The translations under genes and the position numbers were made by a program. Under the pieces are notes generated by a model. It was not told the origin of the DNA. It was given only the letters and a program-made list of their open reading frames with translations, and searched no databases. A stretch of 62,276 bases of DNA, the filler included, from Stramenopiles sp. TOSAG23-2 (Eukaryota): the NCBI GenBank assembly GCA_900128395.1. It is 25 parts of 25 records of this genome, joined end to end, with 100 filler letters (N's around TTAATTAATTAA, not from the genome) between each part and the next. Parts side by side here need not be neighbours in the genome. Positions count along the whole stretch, not along the records: positions 20,057 to 22,457 come from LT651774.1; positions 22,558 to 24,956 come from LT651775.1; positions 25,057 to 27,455 come from LT651776.1; positions 27,556 to 29,953 come from LT651777.1; 21 more parts are not named here. One strand, 5' to 3'. Positions 20,726 to 30,053 of this stretch are shown here, piece by piece. Position 1 is the stretch's first letter. Every line of letters begins with the position of its first letter.

Positions 20726-21140
20726 TATATTTAAAATAATATGTATATTTTTTGAGTATATTTATATTGAGCATATATAGTATGCATATTTTATCATGGG
20801 TATTATTTAAAAGCATATTTGTAACTTAGATTTTAACCATTCACATGATGTGTGATTTATAATTTTTTTAAATTAAATTGACCCTCTTTGTATATTAATA
20901 TTTACTTTTAAATACGAACACGCGGATGTATCGATGATAAACATATTTATTATGAAATAATGCATAATTATGGATGTAACACATTAAAACACGTAAATAT
21001 AAATTCACTTTTAATTAATTGATAATACGAAGTACTCAAAAAGCATTTTTCCACGTAATATATACCGTATCATACTTGAGTATACTTATCATACATATAT
21101 CATAAACACACGCACAAATATTAATATTTATTTTAAATAA

Positions 21141-22136
21141 CTAATTACCTAAATATGGTAAAATTTTGCCTTTCCAAAATTCATTGGAAAAGCGTAGATG
21201 ATCACCAATAAAATGATACGTATCGATTTTCTTTCCTTCATTTAATGTCTTTAAACCTATAAAATCTTTTTTATATCCTTCAGTCTCTTCCATTGGTACG
21301 ATCGATTTCGTTTGACCCCATTCCCAGAATCCGAATAATTCTGATGCTTTTGGGACAACTATTGTATCATTCAATGCTTGAACTAATACTAATTTTTCCA
21401 ACGATGCAAAGTTTTTCTTATACATTGATGAATTAGTTGATGTTTTATCATTATCTAAATATGCTAACCATCTTGATTTTGATAAATATGTTTTCTCATC
21501 GGTAGCATCTTTCCAATAATCAGAGAATGCTAACTTTGCTGTATATGGACCAAGCTTCCACAATGGGCAAATTAACTTGTACAAGAAATTATCTGGGCAA
21601 GTTCCAATACCGAAGTTAGGACCACAAATATTGATAAATTTTTTAACTGGCGGATCATTATAAGCTTCAATATAACCACGAACGACTAAATTACCTTGTG
21701 ACAAACCAACAACATTAAATCCATTTGCTAATTTTGGATCACCTTGAACTAATTTAGCAAACTCATCAACTTGCGGTCCTAGTTCTGTGAAGATTGACGC
21801 TGCACCGTTAGCAACATTAGCACACACAGAATACATTCCTGGATATTTAGATGGAGCACTTGCACATAATGATTTCATACCAGGATTTGAACCAGAATCT
21901 CCCATACCATGCATAAATACAACAGGTGTATATTGTGCTGCATTTTTTACATCACTAACTGCTTCTGGCATATTGTCCAGTGTTGGAGCTAATACATTTT
22001 TAGATGCTTCAGCTATTTCATATATTTGTTCATCTGTTAATTTTGTCACATCAATATTATCCATAATAGTGGATGCATAATTCATATGAGCAAACATATT
22101 GATACATATTGATAATAGTATTAATTTTTTCATCAT
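21141..22136 (-). CDS. PPT1: Palmitoyl-protein thioesterase 1 family (lysosomal)
   Basis: Signal peptide; PVVFMHGMGDS; nucleophile GFNVVGLSQG; DTIVVP (Asp); GDHLRF (His). Confidence 0.93.
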   Translation of the reverse strand: MMKKLILLSICINMFAHMNYASTIMDNIDVTKLTDEQIYEIAEASKNVLAPTLDNMPEAVSDVKNAAQYTPVVFMHGMGDSGSNPGMKSLCASAPSKYPGMYSVCANVANGAASIFTELGPQVDEFAKLVQGDPKLANGFNVVGLSQGNLVVRGYIEAYNDPPVKKFINICGPNFGIGTCPDNFLYKLICPLWKLGPYTAKLAFSDYWKDATDEKTYLSKSRWLAYLDNDKTSTNSSMYKKNFASLEKLVLVQALNDTIVVPKASELFGFWEWGQTKSIVPMEETEGYKKDFIGLKTLNEGKKIDTYHFIGDHLRFSNEFWKGKILPYLGN

Positions 22137-22738
22137 TTTATTTCTTTTTTTCCTCTTTTAGTATATGTCGTTACCTTATATATATATATATTGATATATA
22201 TGTTTATTTCTTTCCATTGTAGTAATTATATAATGTAAATGTACCTCCTGTATGTTAATGTATTTATTATTAATAATAATAATAGTATTATTATTATTAT
22301 TGGGATATATACATATATATTAATATACCTAGGAAGGTATTATAACAACAACAACAATAACAACAACAATAACAACAACATTATTAATATAATTATTATA
22401 TATATATATATATACACAAAGTATATGAACAAATAGAAATCAAAAACATACTGTAGCNNNNNNNNNNNNNNNNNNNNNNNNNNNNNNNNNNNNNNNNNNN
22501 NTTAATTAATTAANNNNNNNNNNNNNNNNNNNNNNNNNNNNNNNNNNNNNNNNNNNNGACAGAGATAGTAGATGTAAATCAAGAATTTAGGTTGAAAATG
22601 CTAGTTTTTATGAAATTTGATGAAAAATATGCGAGTTGTAATCCAGGTAGTGGTATGTAGTGTTAAATTTATTTAGCTTTACATAGCGTAAATGATATAA
22701 ATCATGATTAAAATAAAAATATTACTAGTCCAAATAAA

Positions 22739-22858
22739 TCAAAATTAAAGTTCAACGACCAAGCTACCACAATGTTGTTATACCTTACCGTCTTCATTTT
22801 AGCGACGTGTCAAAATTAAAGTTCAAAGACCAAGCTACCACAATGTTGTTATACCTTA
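22739..22858. repeat. 49-bp direct repeat x2
   Basis: 22739-22787 and 22810-22858 (TCAAAATTAAAGTTCAA(C/A)GACCAAGCTACCACAATGTTGTTATACCTTA), one mismatch. Confidence 0.88.
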
Positions 22859-23173
22859 ATATGATCAATGAAGGGAGCAAAATGCCCCATCAATGCACCA
22901 ATAGATCAAATTTACGATGATGTGTTTTTTATATAAAAAGGGAGGAGGGCCGTAGAGGAAATTAGAGATTGTATATGTACATATATTGTATACAGTTCAA
23001 TAGAAATGTAAAAAGTATTAAATGGAAAAAGTGTCATATATTGATTGATACATGATATAAGATTCGTAGACAAAGAAAAAGAAAGAAGATAAACACACCA
23101 TGAAAACATTGCAGATGGAGACATGTATACAATACATATTAATCATCATATGTACGATTATGAAGAAATATTA

Positions 23174-23410
23174 TTAAAAGTAAACCGGGTTGGTTTGGTA
23201 TCTTGAATGGAAAAAGGTTGCAAACTGGATGTCGGGTCTTGTCATCCGTGTCAAGCGAGATAATGCTCCTAGCACGTTGCGGTACGGTACATTTTTCATA
23301 TATTCCGCTTCTTCTAACGCCTCTTTTGCTAACACATTATATTCCTCCATATTCGTAGAGTTCAATTTTGCCTTGATTAATTTTTGTTCTGGACAATTCC
23401 TGGCATGCAC
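23174..23410 (-). mobile_element. Ty1/Copia LTR-retrotransposon reverse transcriptase C-terminal remnant
   Basis: EYMKNVPYRNVLGALSRLTRMTRPDIQFATFFHSRYQTNP matches the Copia RT motif PYRxxVGxLxYL..TRPDIxFAV..LSRF..NP. Truncated on both sides; no LTRs seen. Confidence 0.8.
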
Positions 23411-23717
23411 ACCAGGCCTACCACTGGTGGTATTAAATACGACCAGTAAGGCAGGCACACATCATCAGAAGTGAAATGATCATGAAATTTTCACCTTTGT
23501 AGGGTTTTTGTAGTGCCACAACAATATTTTTAAATTAAATAATAATTATTGCAACAAAAAGCAAAAAGGCACCACAAAGCTGGCCTGGCTGGAAAGCAAA
23601 AAAAAGATACGACGAATTAATACACAAAAATAAATATATATCTACATTGATATAAAAAGTATATACTATCCCAACAACATATCATGAATACATGTATAAA
23701 AAAACAATTACAACAAA

Positions 23718-23987
23718 ATGAAAATCACTCTTAGTCTTCAACCAGGAAATAAAGTTCAAATACCATTGGAAATTCCAGATGAGGAGTTGAAAGCATTAAC
23801 AGTATTAAATTTGAAAGAAAAAATTATGGAATTAAATAAACAGAAAAAATTAGAAGAGCTTCATGTTGTATTTGGTTCAACTATATTAGATGATGATAAA
23901 ATATTTATGGAATATAATGTTACAGAAGGTAGTATTGTAAAATTTTTGTTTGCACCTGTCATGAAAGGAGAAAGTAATAAAAAATGA
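23718..23987 (+). CDS. Small ubiquitin-like (beta-grasp) protein
   Basis: MKITL..TVLNLKEKI..LHVVFGSTILDDDKIFMEYNVTEGSIVKFL parallels the ubiquitin pattern TIxxVKxKI..LIFAGKxLxDxxTLxDYNIxxxSxLHL. No C-terminal di-Gly. Confidence 0.75.
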   Translation: MKITLSLQPGNKVQIPLEIPDEELKALTVLNLKEKIMELNKQKKLEELHVVFGSTILDDDKIFMEYNVTEGSIVKFLFAPVMKGESNKK

Positions 23988-24205
23988 TGTATTGTTTAAT
24001 ACATTTACATGCTAATTTTGGGTATACATCTATAATACGTACGAGTATATCTATATATACTATTATTAAAAATGTAATATATCATTTTTATATAAAAATA
24101 TATTAATAAATTATAATTATATTATATTTTACAAATCTGTTTTAGTAGGTTGTATCTCTCTTTTTCAACATATATATATATGATTTTGACATATCACTGT
24201 AAACA

Positions 24206-24955
24206 TTACAAAAATGTATGTACACTTGTATCATTAAATGCTCTCTCTAAATTTCCATCTAACGAAACTTCATAATCTACAATATATTTATATGACGAAG
24301 ATGTACTAGTCTCATAATCTTTTTCATCATTATTAAGTGTGTTCGAATTATTATTTGCAACTTTTGAAGCTAATTTATTTCGATGTAAGACATATTCAAC
24401 CATAGATGGTAATACATTGTTTGCAATGGCACTTATAAAAGATTTGTTTTTATCATTTTGCGAACCATTATAAAACAAAGCATCGTTTATTACATATGAT
24501 GATAAACTATTACCAATTAATATAATATTTGATAATGTTTTATTTGTATGATTCACATTTAATAAATTGCCATACATTTCTAAGCTCCCATGTGGTACAT
24601 AAAATATACAAGACTTATTTGCCACGCGTTTGCATTCCTCATTAGTTGATAATGGATTGCAGTTAAAAAGCTTAATTATTTCAGAATCAATTTCATTCAT
24701 TACAGGATCATACACATCTATATTTATTTTATAATCGTCGTTATTGCCGTTCTTCTTCTTATTATTAAAATATTCTATTAATAAATCTGAAATAAATAAT
24801 AGGCCAGCCATTTGTAAAATTGCATTATTGCTTGCAAAACTACCTAAACCATAGGCAACTATGTCGTGCACATCAACATTGCTATCACTATCGTCAAAGC
24901 ATTCAAAAACAATGTTTAAAGCGTCTTTTATCTTAGCGCCGAATTCATTTGATTC
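24206..24955 (-). CDS. SRRD: SRR1-like protein, 5'-truncated
   Basis: IVAYGLGSF..AILQMA..VYDPVM..NEECKR..IFYVPHG..MYGNLL..LIGNSL..AFNDTSVHTF is the SRR1 signature. Frame is open to the contig end. Confidence 0.88.
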   Translation of the reverse strand, partial: ESNEFGAKIKDALNIVFECFDDSDSNVDVHDIVAYGLGSFASNNAILQMAGLLFISDLLIEYFNNKKKNGNNDDYKINIDVYDPVMNEIDSEIIKLFNCNPLSTNEECKRVANKSCIFYVPHGSLEMYGNLLNVNHTNKTLSNIILIGNSLSSYVINDALFYNGSQNDKNKSFISAIANNVLPSMVEYVLHRNKLASKVANNNSNTLNNDEKDYETSTSSSYKYIVDYEVSLDGNLERAFNDTSVHTFL

Positions 24956-25057
24956 CNNNNNNNNNNNNNNNNNNNNNNNNNNNNNNNNNNNNNNNNNNNN
25001 TTAATTAATTAANNNNNNNNNNNNNNNNNNNNNNNNNNNNNNNNNNNNNNNNNNNNT

Positions 25058-26539
25058 AAATTGTCATATGAGAAAAAAATCGATGATTATCTTGCCACTT
25101 ATTTAAATGCTACATTGGCTTTAAATGCATTTATTGCACTTCATAGTGCTACTCATGAAAGTATGTCACAACATAATGAAGAACACTTAGCATTTGAAGG
25201 ATTAGTATTTCGTATGGCTGCATTAGTAGCTAATTTTGATGATGGGTACAAAGAAAACCACAAGAGACACCATAATAAAACAAACTCACCAACCGAAGAT
25301 CCTGATTATGCAGCTGCATTTGCTACGTTAGCGGAGCTTGGTTTTGCATTTAATCATGGAAATTCAAACCCATTAACATTTGCGCCAAGGAGAGAAGAAA
25401 TGGGAGGAAACTGGAATTTTGAGACAAGTAGAATAGCAGCAATGTTGATGACGAAATTTGCTATCTCAACACCAGAATATTCAAAAGTGGGTGAGACGCT
25501 AATGAAAGTATGGAGGCAAAGCAATTCAATTACTAGCATGTTGCTGTATTTATTCTTTGCACGATACCCACATCGTAAAGGCTATGATCCATTTACCGGG
25601 AAAATGAGAAATGAAATGGATTCATTTTATGAAAATACCTATCGTGGACAGGGCCAAGTAGACTTATGGATGATGGGTGAAGGATTTCATAATGCACACC
25701 ATGCAAAAAACGATATACCATATACAGTCTTACCTCGGGTTGGAAAAGAAGTGGAAGAAATGTATCCAGAGATTAAACAGAAATCACGCGGTAATTTTAA
25801 AATTTTGGAAATGGAAAAAGAAGCTTCGAATGAAGGGAATGACGTATTTGCACCTGAGCTTATGAATGATGGTGACCGCGAGCCAATGCAATTTCCTTAT
25901 GAACGTACATTGAAAGTAAGGCATGGCATTGATTTATTAACTACCCATCAACGTCCAAAAGAAGCCATTGTTACCTTTGCAGATGCTGTTATCACCTCTG
26001 CATTGCATGTGAGCGGTACAGCAGATTTAAGTATGTTGCGTGATTTACATCAACAAATGTGTAAAGGAGTCGATTCAAACACTTCGAAAGGTGTTATTCC
26101 ATTTCACAAATGGGGTGAAACCATCTTTTCAGATAAAAATCAACAGTTATTACATAAAGAAAGTGAGAATATCAAAGCTGAAATATTGAAAGTGGCAGGA
26201 CAAGTTGGTGATAAATGGATTGCTAGTAACATAGCAATTAAATCAAAGGAGGACATTAAAACAAATTATTTGTCATTCTTTAAAGCAATCATGTTGACTT
26301 TTGCATCTGAAGATGATTACAGCAAATTCTTTAAAGCATTTGCATCAGAAAAAGCAAATATTTTACCAAGAGCTGACCCTTCATACAATGGTGAAACATT
26401 GATGGAATATTTAAATTCAGAGTTGCCAAATGAGTTGATACCACCAGCAAACAGAGACTTAGGATCCATGGATAAATGTGTACAAACAATTGCTAATATG
26501 ATACATCCATATGTTGCTGAGACGAAGGCAAGGTTATAA
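25058..26539 (+). CDS. Membrane di-iron fatty-acid-desaturase-superfamily enzyme, beta-carotene hydroxylase (CrtR)-like, with an extra C-terminal domain; 5'-truncated
   Basis: His boxes HSATH, HKRHH(NKTN..DPD) and HNAHH; LFFARYPHR and GEGFHNAHH..IPY resemble CrtR LFFDYLPHR and GQNYHLIHH..IPW. Ends in ARL (PTS1-like). Confidence 0.75.
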   Translation, partial: KLSYEKKIDDYLATYLNATLALNAFIALHSATHESMSQHNEEHLAFEGLVFRMAALVANFDDGYKENHKRHHNKTNSPTEDPDYAAAFATLAELGFAFNHGNSNPLTFAPRREEMGGNWNFETSRIAAMLMTKFAISTPEYSKVGETLMKVWRQSNSITSMLLYLFFARYPHRKGYDPFTGKMRNEMDSFYENTYRGQGQVDLWMMGEGFHNAHHAKNDIPYTVLPRVGKEVEEMYPEIKQKSRGNFKILEMEKEASNEGNDVFAPELMNDGDREPMQFPYERTLKVRHGIDLLTTHQRPKEAIVTFADAVITSALHVSGTADLSMLRDLHQQMCKGVDSNTSKGVIPFHKWGETIFSDKNQQLLHKESENIKAEILKVAGQVGDKWIASNIAIKSKEDIKTNYLSFFKAIMLTFASEDDYSKFFKAFASEKANILPRADPSYNGETLMEYLNSELPNELIPPANRDLGSMDKCVQTIANMIHPYVAETKARL

Positions 26540-27691
26540 CTTGTGTGTTATTTTTTTCATTTCTGTTAAAGTATACTTTGTACACGAGGAGAGTACGAAA
26601 CCACTCACATCTGCCGTTCGTGGTTCGTTTTTTTTTTTGCTTTTCCGTGGATATAAAACTACTGTTTAAAAATATGTAATTATCATACTCGTACGAGTAT
26701 CATATTCAAATGTTTTTATAAAAAAATAAAAAGTTTTTTAAAAAAATAATACAAGAGAATGAATTGATGTGTTTAAAAGTCAAAATCTAAGTTTTTAAGT
26801 GCTGAACGATATGATATATATATAAATAAAATAATTTAATATATTAAAAATCATATATAATATCATATGCATATCATATCATACGATATATCATAATATG
26901 TATAAAATTATTATTATATATATTATATATGATATTTTATTATAAAAAAAAATTGATGACAATAATGTGTATTTTAAAAAATCTGAAAGAAAGTACGCGA
27001 AATGGTTTGTAAAAAAAGTTTTATTTTTTAAATTGTGATACACGAAAAAACACACTCTTTCGTAATGTTTGATTAATAAAAACACACACTGCATTAAATA
27101 TGAAAATATAGAGACCTATGATGTAGATGATGGTTAAAATCTAATGATAAGTTAATATATAAAATTATATGATCCTAATGGTGTAGATATGATATACAGT
27201 AATGCACATACCTAATAATATAATATAATAATAAAATACGGTATTAATTACCGGTATCTTTTTGTATTCGAAATTCTGCTATACTCGTACGAGTATATTT
27301 TTGAAAGTAATTTATATTAATATTATATTATTATTATTATTGAAATTATATATAGCAATAATAAAATAATTGATATTATTATATAATATGAGAAATATTA
27401 TTATTATTATTATTTTTAAATTATACCTAGATATCTATTTTTTTTTTTTCATAATNNNNNNNNNNNNNNNNNNNNNNNNNNNNNNNNNNNNNNNNNNNNT
27501 TAATTAATTAANNNNNNNNNNNNNNNNNNNNNNNNNNNNNNNNNNNNNNNNNNNNAAAAAAAATCATAAAATTAATAATCCATATTTTCCCATTTTGGGT
27601 TTTATATCCATACAAAAACCAATTTATCCGCAAAAAAAAAAATTCAAATAGTCGATTTAAGTACAAATAAGAATACTAAATTTTCATAGGT

Positions 27692-27775
27692 GCACACCAG
27701 CACACACCACAGCACACACCAGCACACCAGCACACCAGCACACACCACAGCACACACCAGCACACACCACCACGG
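27692..27775. repeat. CACACCAG/CACACCACAG degenerate micro/minisatellite in a 5' flank
   Basis: About 9 units of (CA)nCCAG-type repeat 230-310 bp upstream of the CHCHD gene. Confidence 0.85.
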
Positions 27776-28004
27776 CAACAACAATGCTGGCCTTAGGGCT
27801 GGGAATTTGCCAATGCACAACACACAACAAGCATTGCACAACAACCAATATTATAAAATAATCGACACGTGCATTTTTAGTTAAGATTACTTCGATTTGA
27901 ATCTATATATGTTGAAGAGAATATTGAATTATATAGATATATCATAACATTATTGTCACATTCGAAATACAAGAAACATATAGTCATAATATTTTATTAA
28001 CAAT

Positions 28005-28535
28005 ATGGGAAGAAGAAGAGGTGGCGGTGGACGCTCTGGTGGTGGTTTATTTGGTGGCGGATCTAAAAAACGAGGTGGTGGCGGTGGTCTATTTGGATCC
28101 AGGAAAAAAGCACCAACAGCTACTAGAACACCACCAAGATCAAGAAATATGCCGGCTAAACGTCCAGCACAACAAAATAATGCACCAGCGCAACAACAAC
28201 AAGGTGGTATGTTTGGTGGTGGTGGTGGCATGATGAATACTATCAAACAAGGCATTGGCTTTGGTGTTGGTAGTGCTATTGGACATAGGGTTGTAGGCGG
28301 TGTTGCTGATGCTGTAACTGGTGGTGGTGGTGACGGTGAAGAAGTGCAAGAAGAAGGCCAAACACAACAACAATCATATAACAACAATCAACAGCAAGGA
28401 CCGTGTTTTGATCCACAGCAGCAATTATATAGCTGCTTGAATACTAATAATGGAGATGCACAAGCGTGTCAATGGTTTTTTGATAGTTTAAAAACTTGCC
28501 AAGAAAATGTTAAATATGGTAGTCAATCACAATAA
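28005..28535 (+). CDS. CHCHD2/CHCHD10/Mix17-family mitochondrial intermembrane-space protein
   Basis: Gly/Arg-rich N-terminus; MMNTIKQGIGFGVGSAIGHRVV helix; twin CX9C (CFDPQQQLYSC..CQWFFDSLKTC). Confidence 0.9.
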   Translation: MGRRRGGGGRSGGGLFGGGSKKRGGGGGLFGSRKKAPTATRTPPRSRNMPAKRPAQQNNAPAQQQQGGMFGGGGGMMNTIKQGIGFGVGSAIGHRVVGGVADAVTGGGGDGEEVQEEGQTQQQSYNNNQQQGPCFDPQQQLYSCLNTNNGDAQACQWFFDSLKTCQENVKYGSQSQ

Positions 28536-28805
28536 GAGAAGAAAAAAGATATATCGATGGATATGTAGTATATCTATATGTATTAAGATACATGTATATG
28601 AGATATTAAATATATTTTGATACGCGCGTACGAATATGTGTGTATCGTAATACGACGATTCGTATTGTTTTTTAAATTAAAAATTATATAAAATAAAATA
28701 TAAAAATTTATATGATTACGAACTATCCCCTCTAATGATGTAACACACGTGTATCCGAGTCAATAAACTATCATAGATATAATTGTATATTTTTATAAAT
28801 TAGGA

Positions 28806-29573
28806 TTATTCTTCCAATATTAAAACTCCAAATCTTTTAGGCACATGGAATGAACCACATTCTGTTGGACTCCAACCACTTAACTCATACTGATCTCTAC
28901 CTTTTGGATAATCATATCGATAAAAGTTAGCCCTCCATATTTTACTTTGCTGATATTCAGGTGGAAACATTTTAAATGGTACCGTTAAATCTACGCCCCA
29001 TCCAGTACCAGTAATATTATGTGCTTTTGCTATTAAATTTGGGAACATTTCAAAATGATCTAATCCATTACATTCAATTGGACCTTCTACACAGTGATCA
29101 TCTTGATGGTTGCAGTTACTCCAATTTCCCAATGAATTATTCTTATGTCCTACCCAGACTGCATTTGACGGCGAAGTGTCCATTTCATAATACCATTCAG
29201 GTGCATCAAACGGCGTTGCAGTTGGTGCCATGAAAACTTCCAAGACATCACTATTCACCCATACTTGGCTATTGCATTTTGTATACGGACTGAAAACATC
29301 AATATCATCAGCTATAGTATGGACTTTAAATGCATATCCTAATGAATCACGTTCAACAAAACATATACTAACCTTTGTCTTTTGAGCTGCAGTCCCATCT
29401 GTCATGGTTACAAAATTTTTTAATGTTGCATAGTGTGTCTTTTCAACACTATCACATTTTGGGACGTCAGTACAAGGCACATCTAAGTCATAATCTTTAC
29501 AAGATACAGCAGAAATATATTGTAATTTAATAAATAAAAGTAGTAATGTAACAAAATATATATTATTGTTCAT
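28806..29573 (-). CDS. Secreted carbohydrate-binding family 9 (CBM9-like/DOMON) protein
   Basis: Signal peptide; VW..DVLEVF, WYYEMDTSP, WGVDLTVPF, WRANFYRYD..LSGWSPT..SFHVPKRFGVLIL motifs. Confidence 0.8.
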   Translation of the reverse strand: MNNNIYFVTLLLLFIKLQYISAVSCKDYDLDVPCTDVPKCDSVEKTHYATLKNFVTMTDGTAAQKTKVSICFVERDSLGYAFKVHTIADDIDVFSPYTKCNSQVWVNSDVLEVFMAPTATPFDAPEWYYEMDTSPSNAVWVGHKNNSLGNWSNCNHQDDHCVEGPIECNGLDHFEMFPNLIAKAHNITGTGWGVDLTVPFKMFPPEYQQSKIWRANFYRYDYPKGRDQYELSGWSPTECGSFHVPKRFGVLILEE

Positions 29574-30053
29574 GGGGTGATATTTATTTAAAATATTATT
29601 GATAATTTCTTTCTTCTATATCTAAATATTAAATTGTCTGATTATAATTATAAAATAAAAAATAAATTTAATATATATAGAGCGTATCTATGTATCGTTT
29701 TTGTTTCAGTTCATTAATATCTATGTGATATGATACTCAGTATAAGATATTAATGGTATTTACATTGACATTATATATATCCAGTGGTTTGCTGGTTTGC
29801 ATCGTCGTTATTCAGGCCAGCAGGAGGGAAAAAAGTCAGAAAAAAAAAACAATTTTTTAACAAGAAGAGACAATTTCATGGACATCAATTTTATCTAGTA
29901 AATACAATTTCAACGCCGATTTTGGTTTGTCGACTCCAATTTTTTACTCTTTGNNNNNNNNNNNNNNNNNNNNNNNNNNNNNNNNNNNNNNNNNNNNTTA
30001 ATTAATTAANNNNNNNNNNNNNNNNNNNNNNNNNNNNNNNNNNNNNNNNNNNN

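Noticed and set aside
27956-28387. Pro-rich minus-strand ORF
   Set aside because: Antisense shadow of the Gly-rich CHCHD gene.
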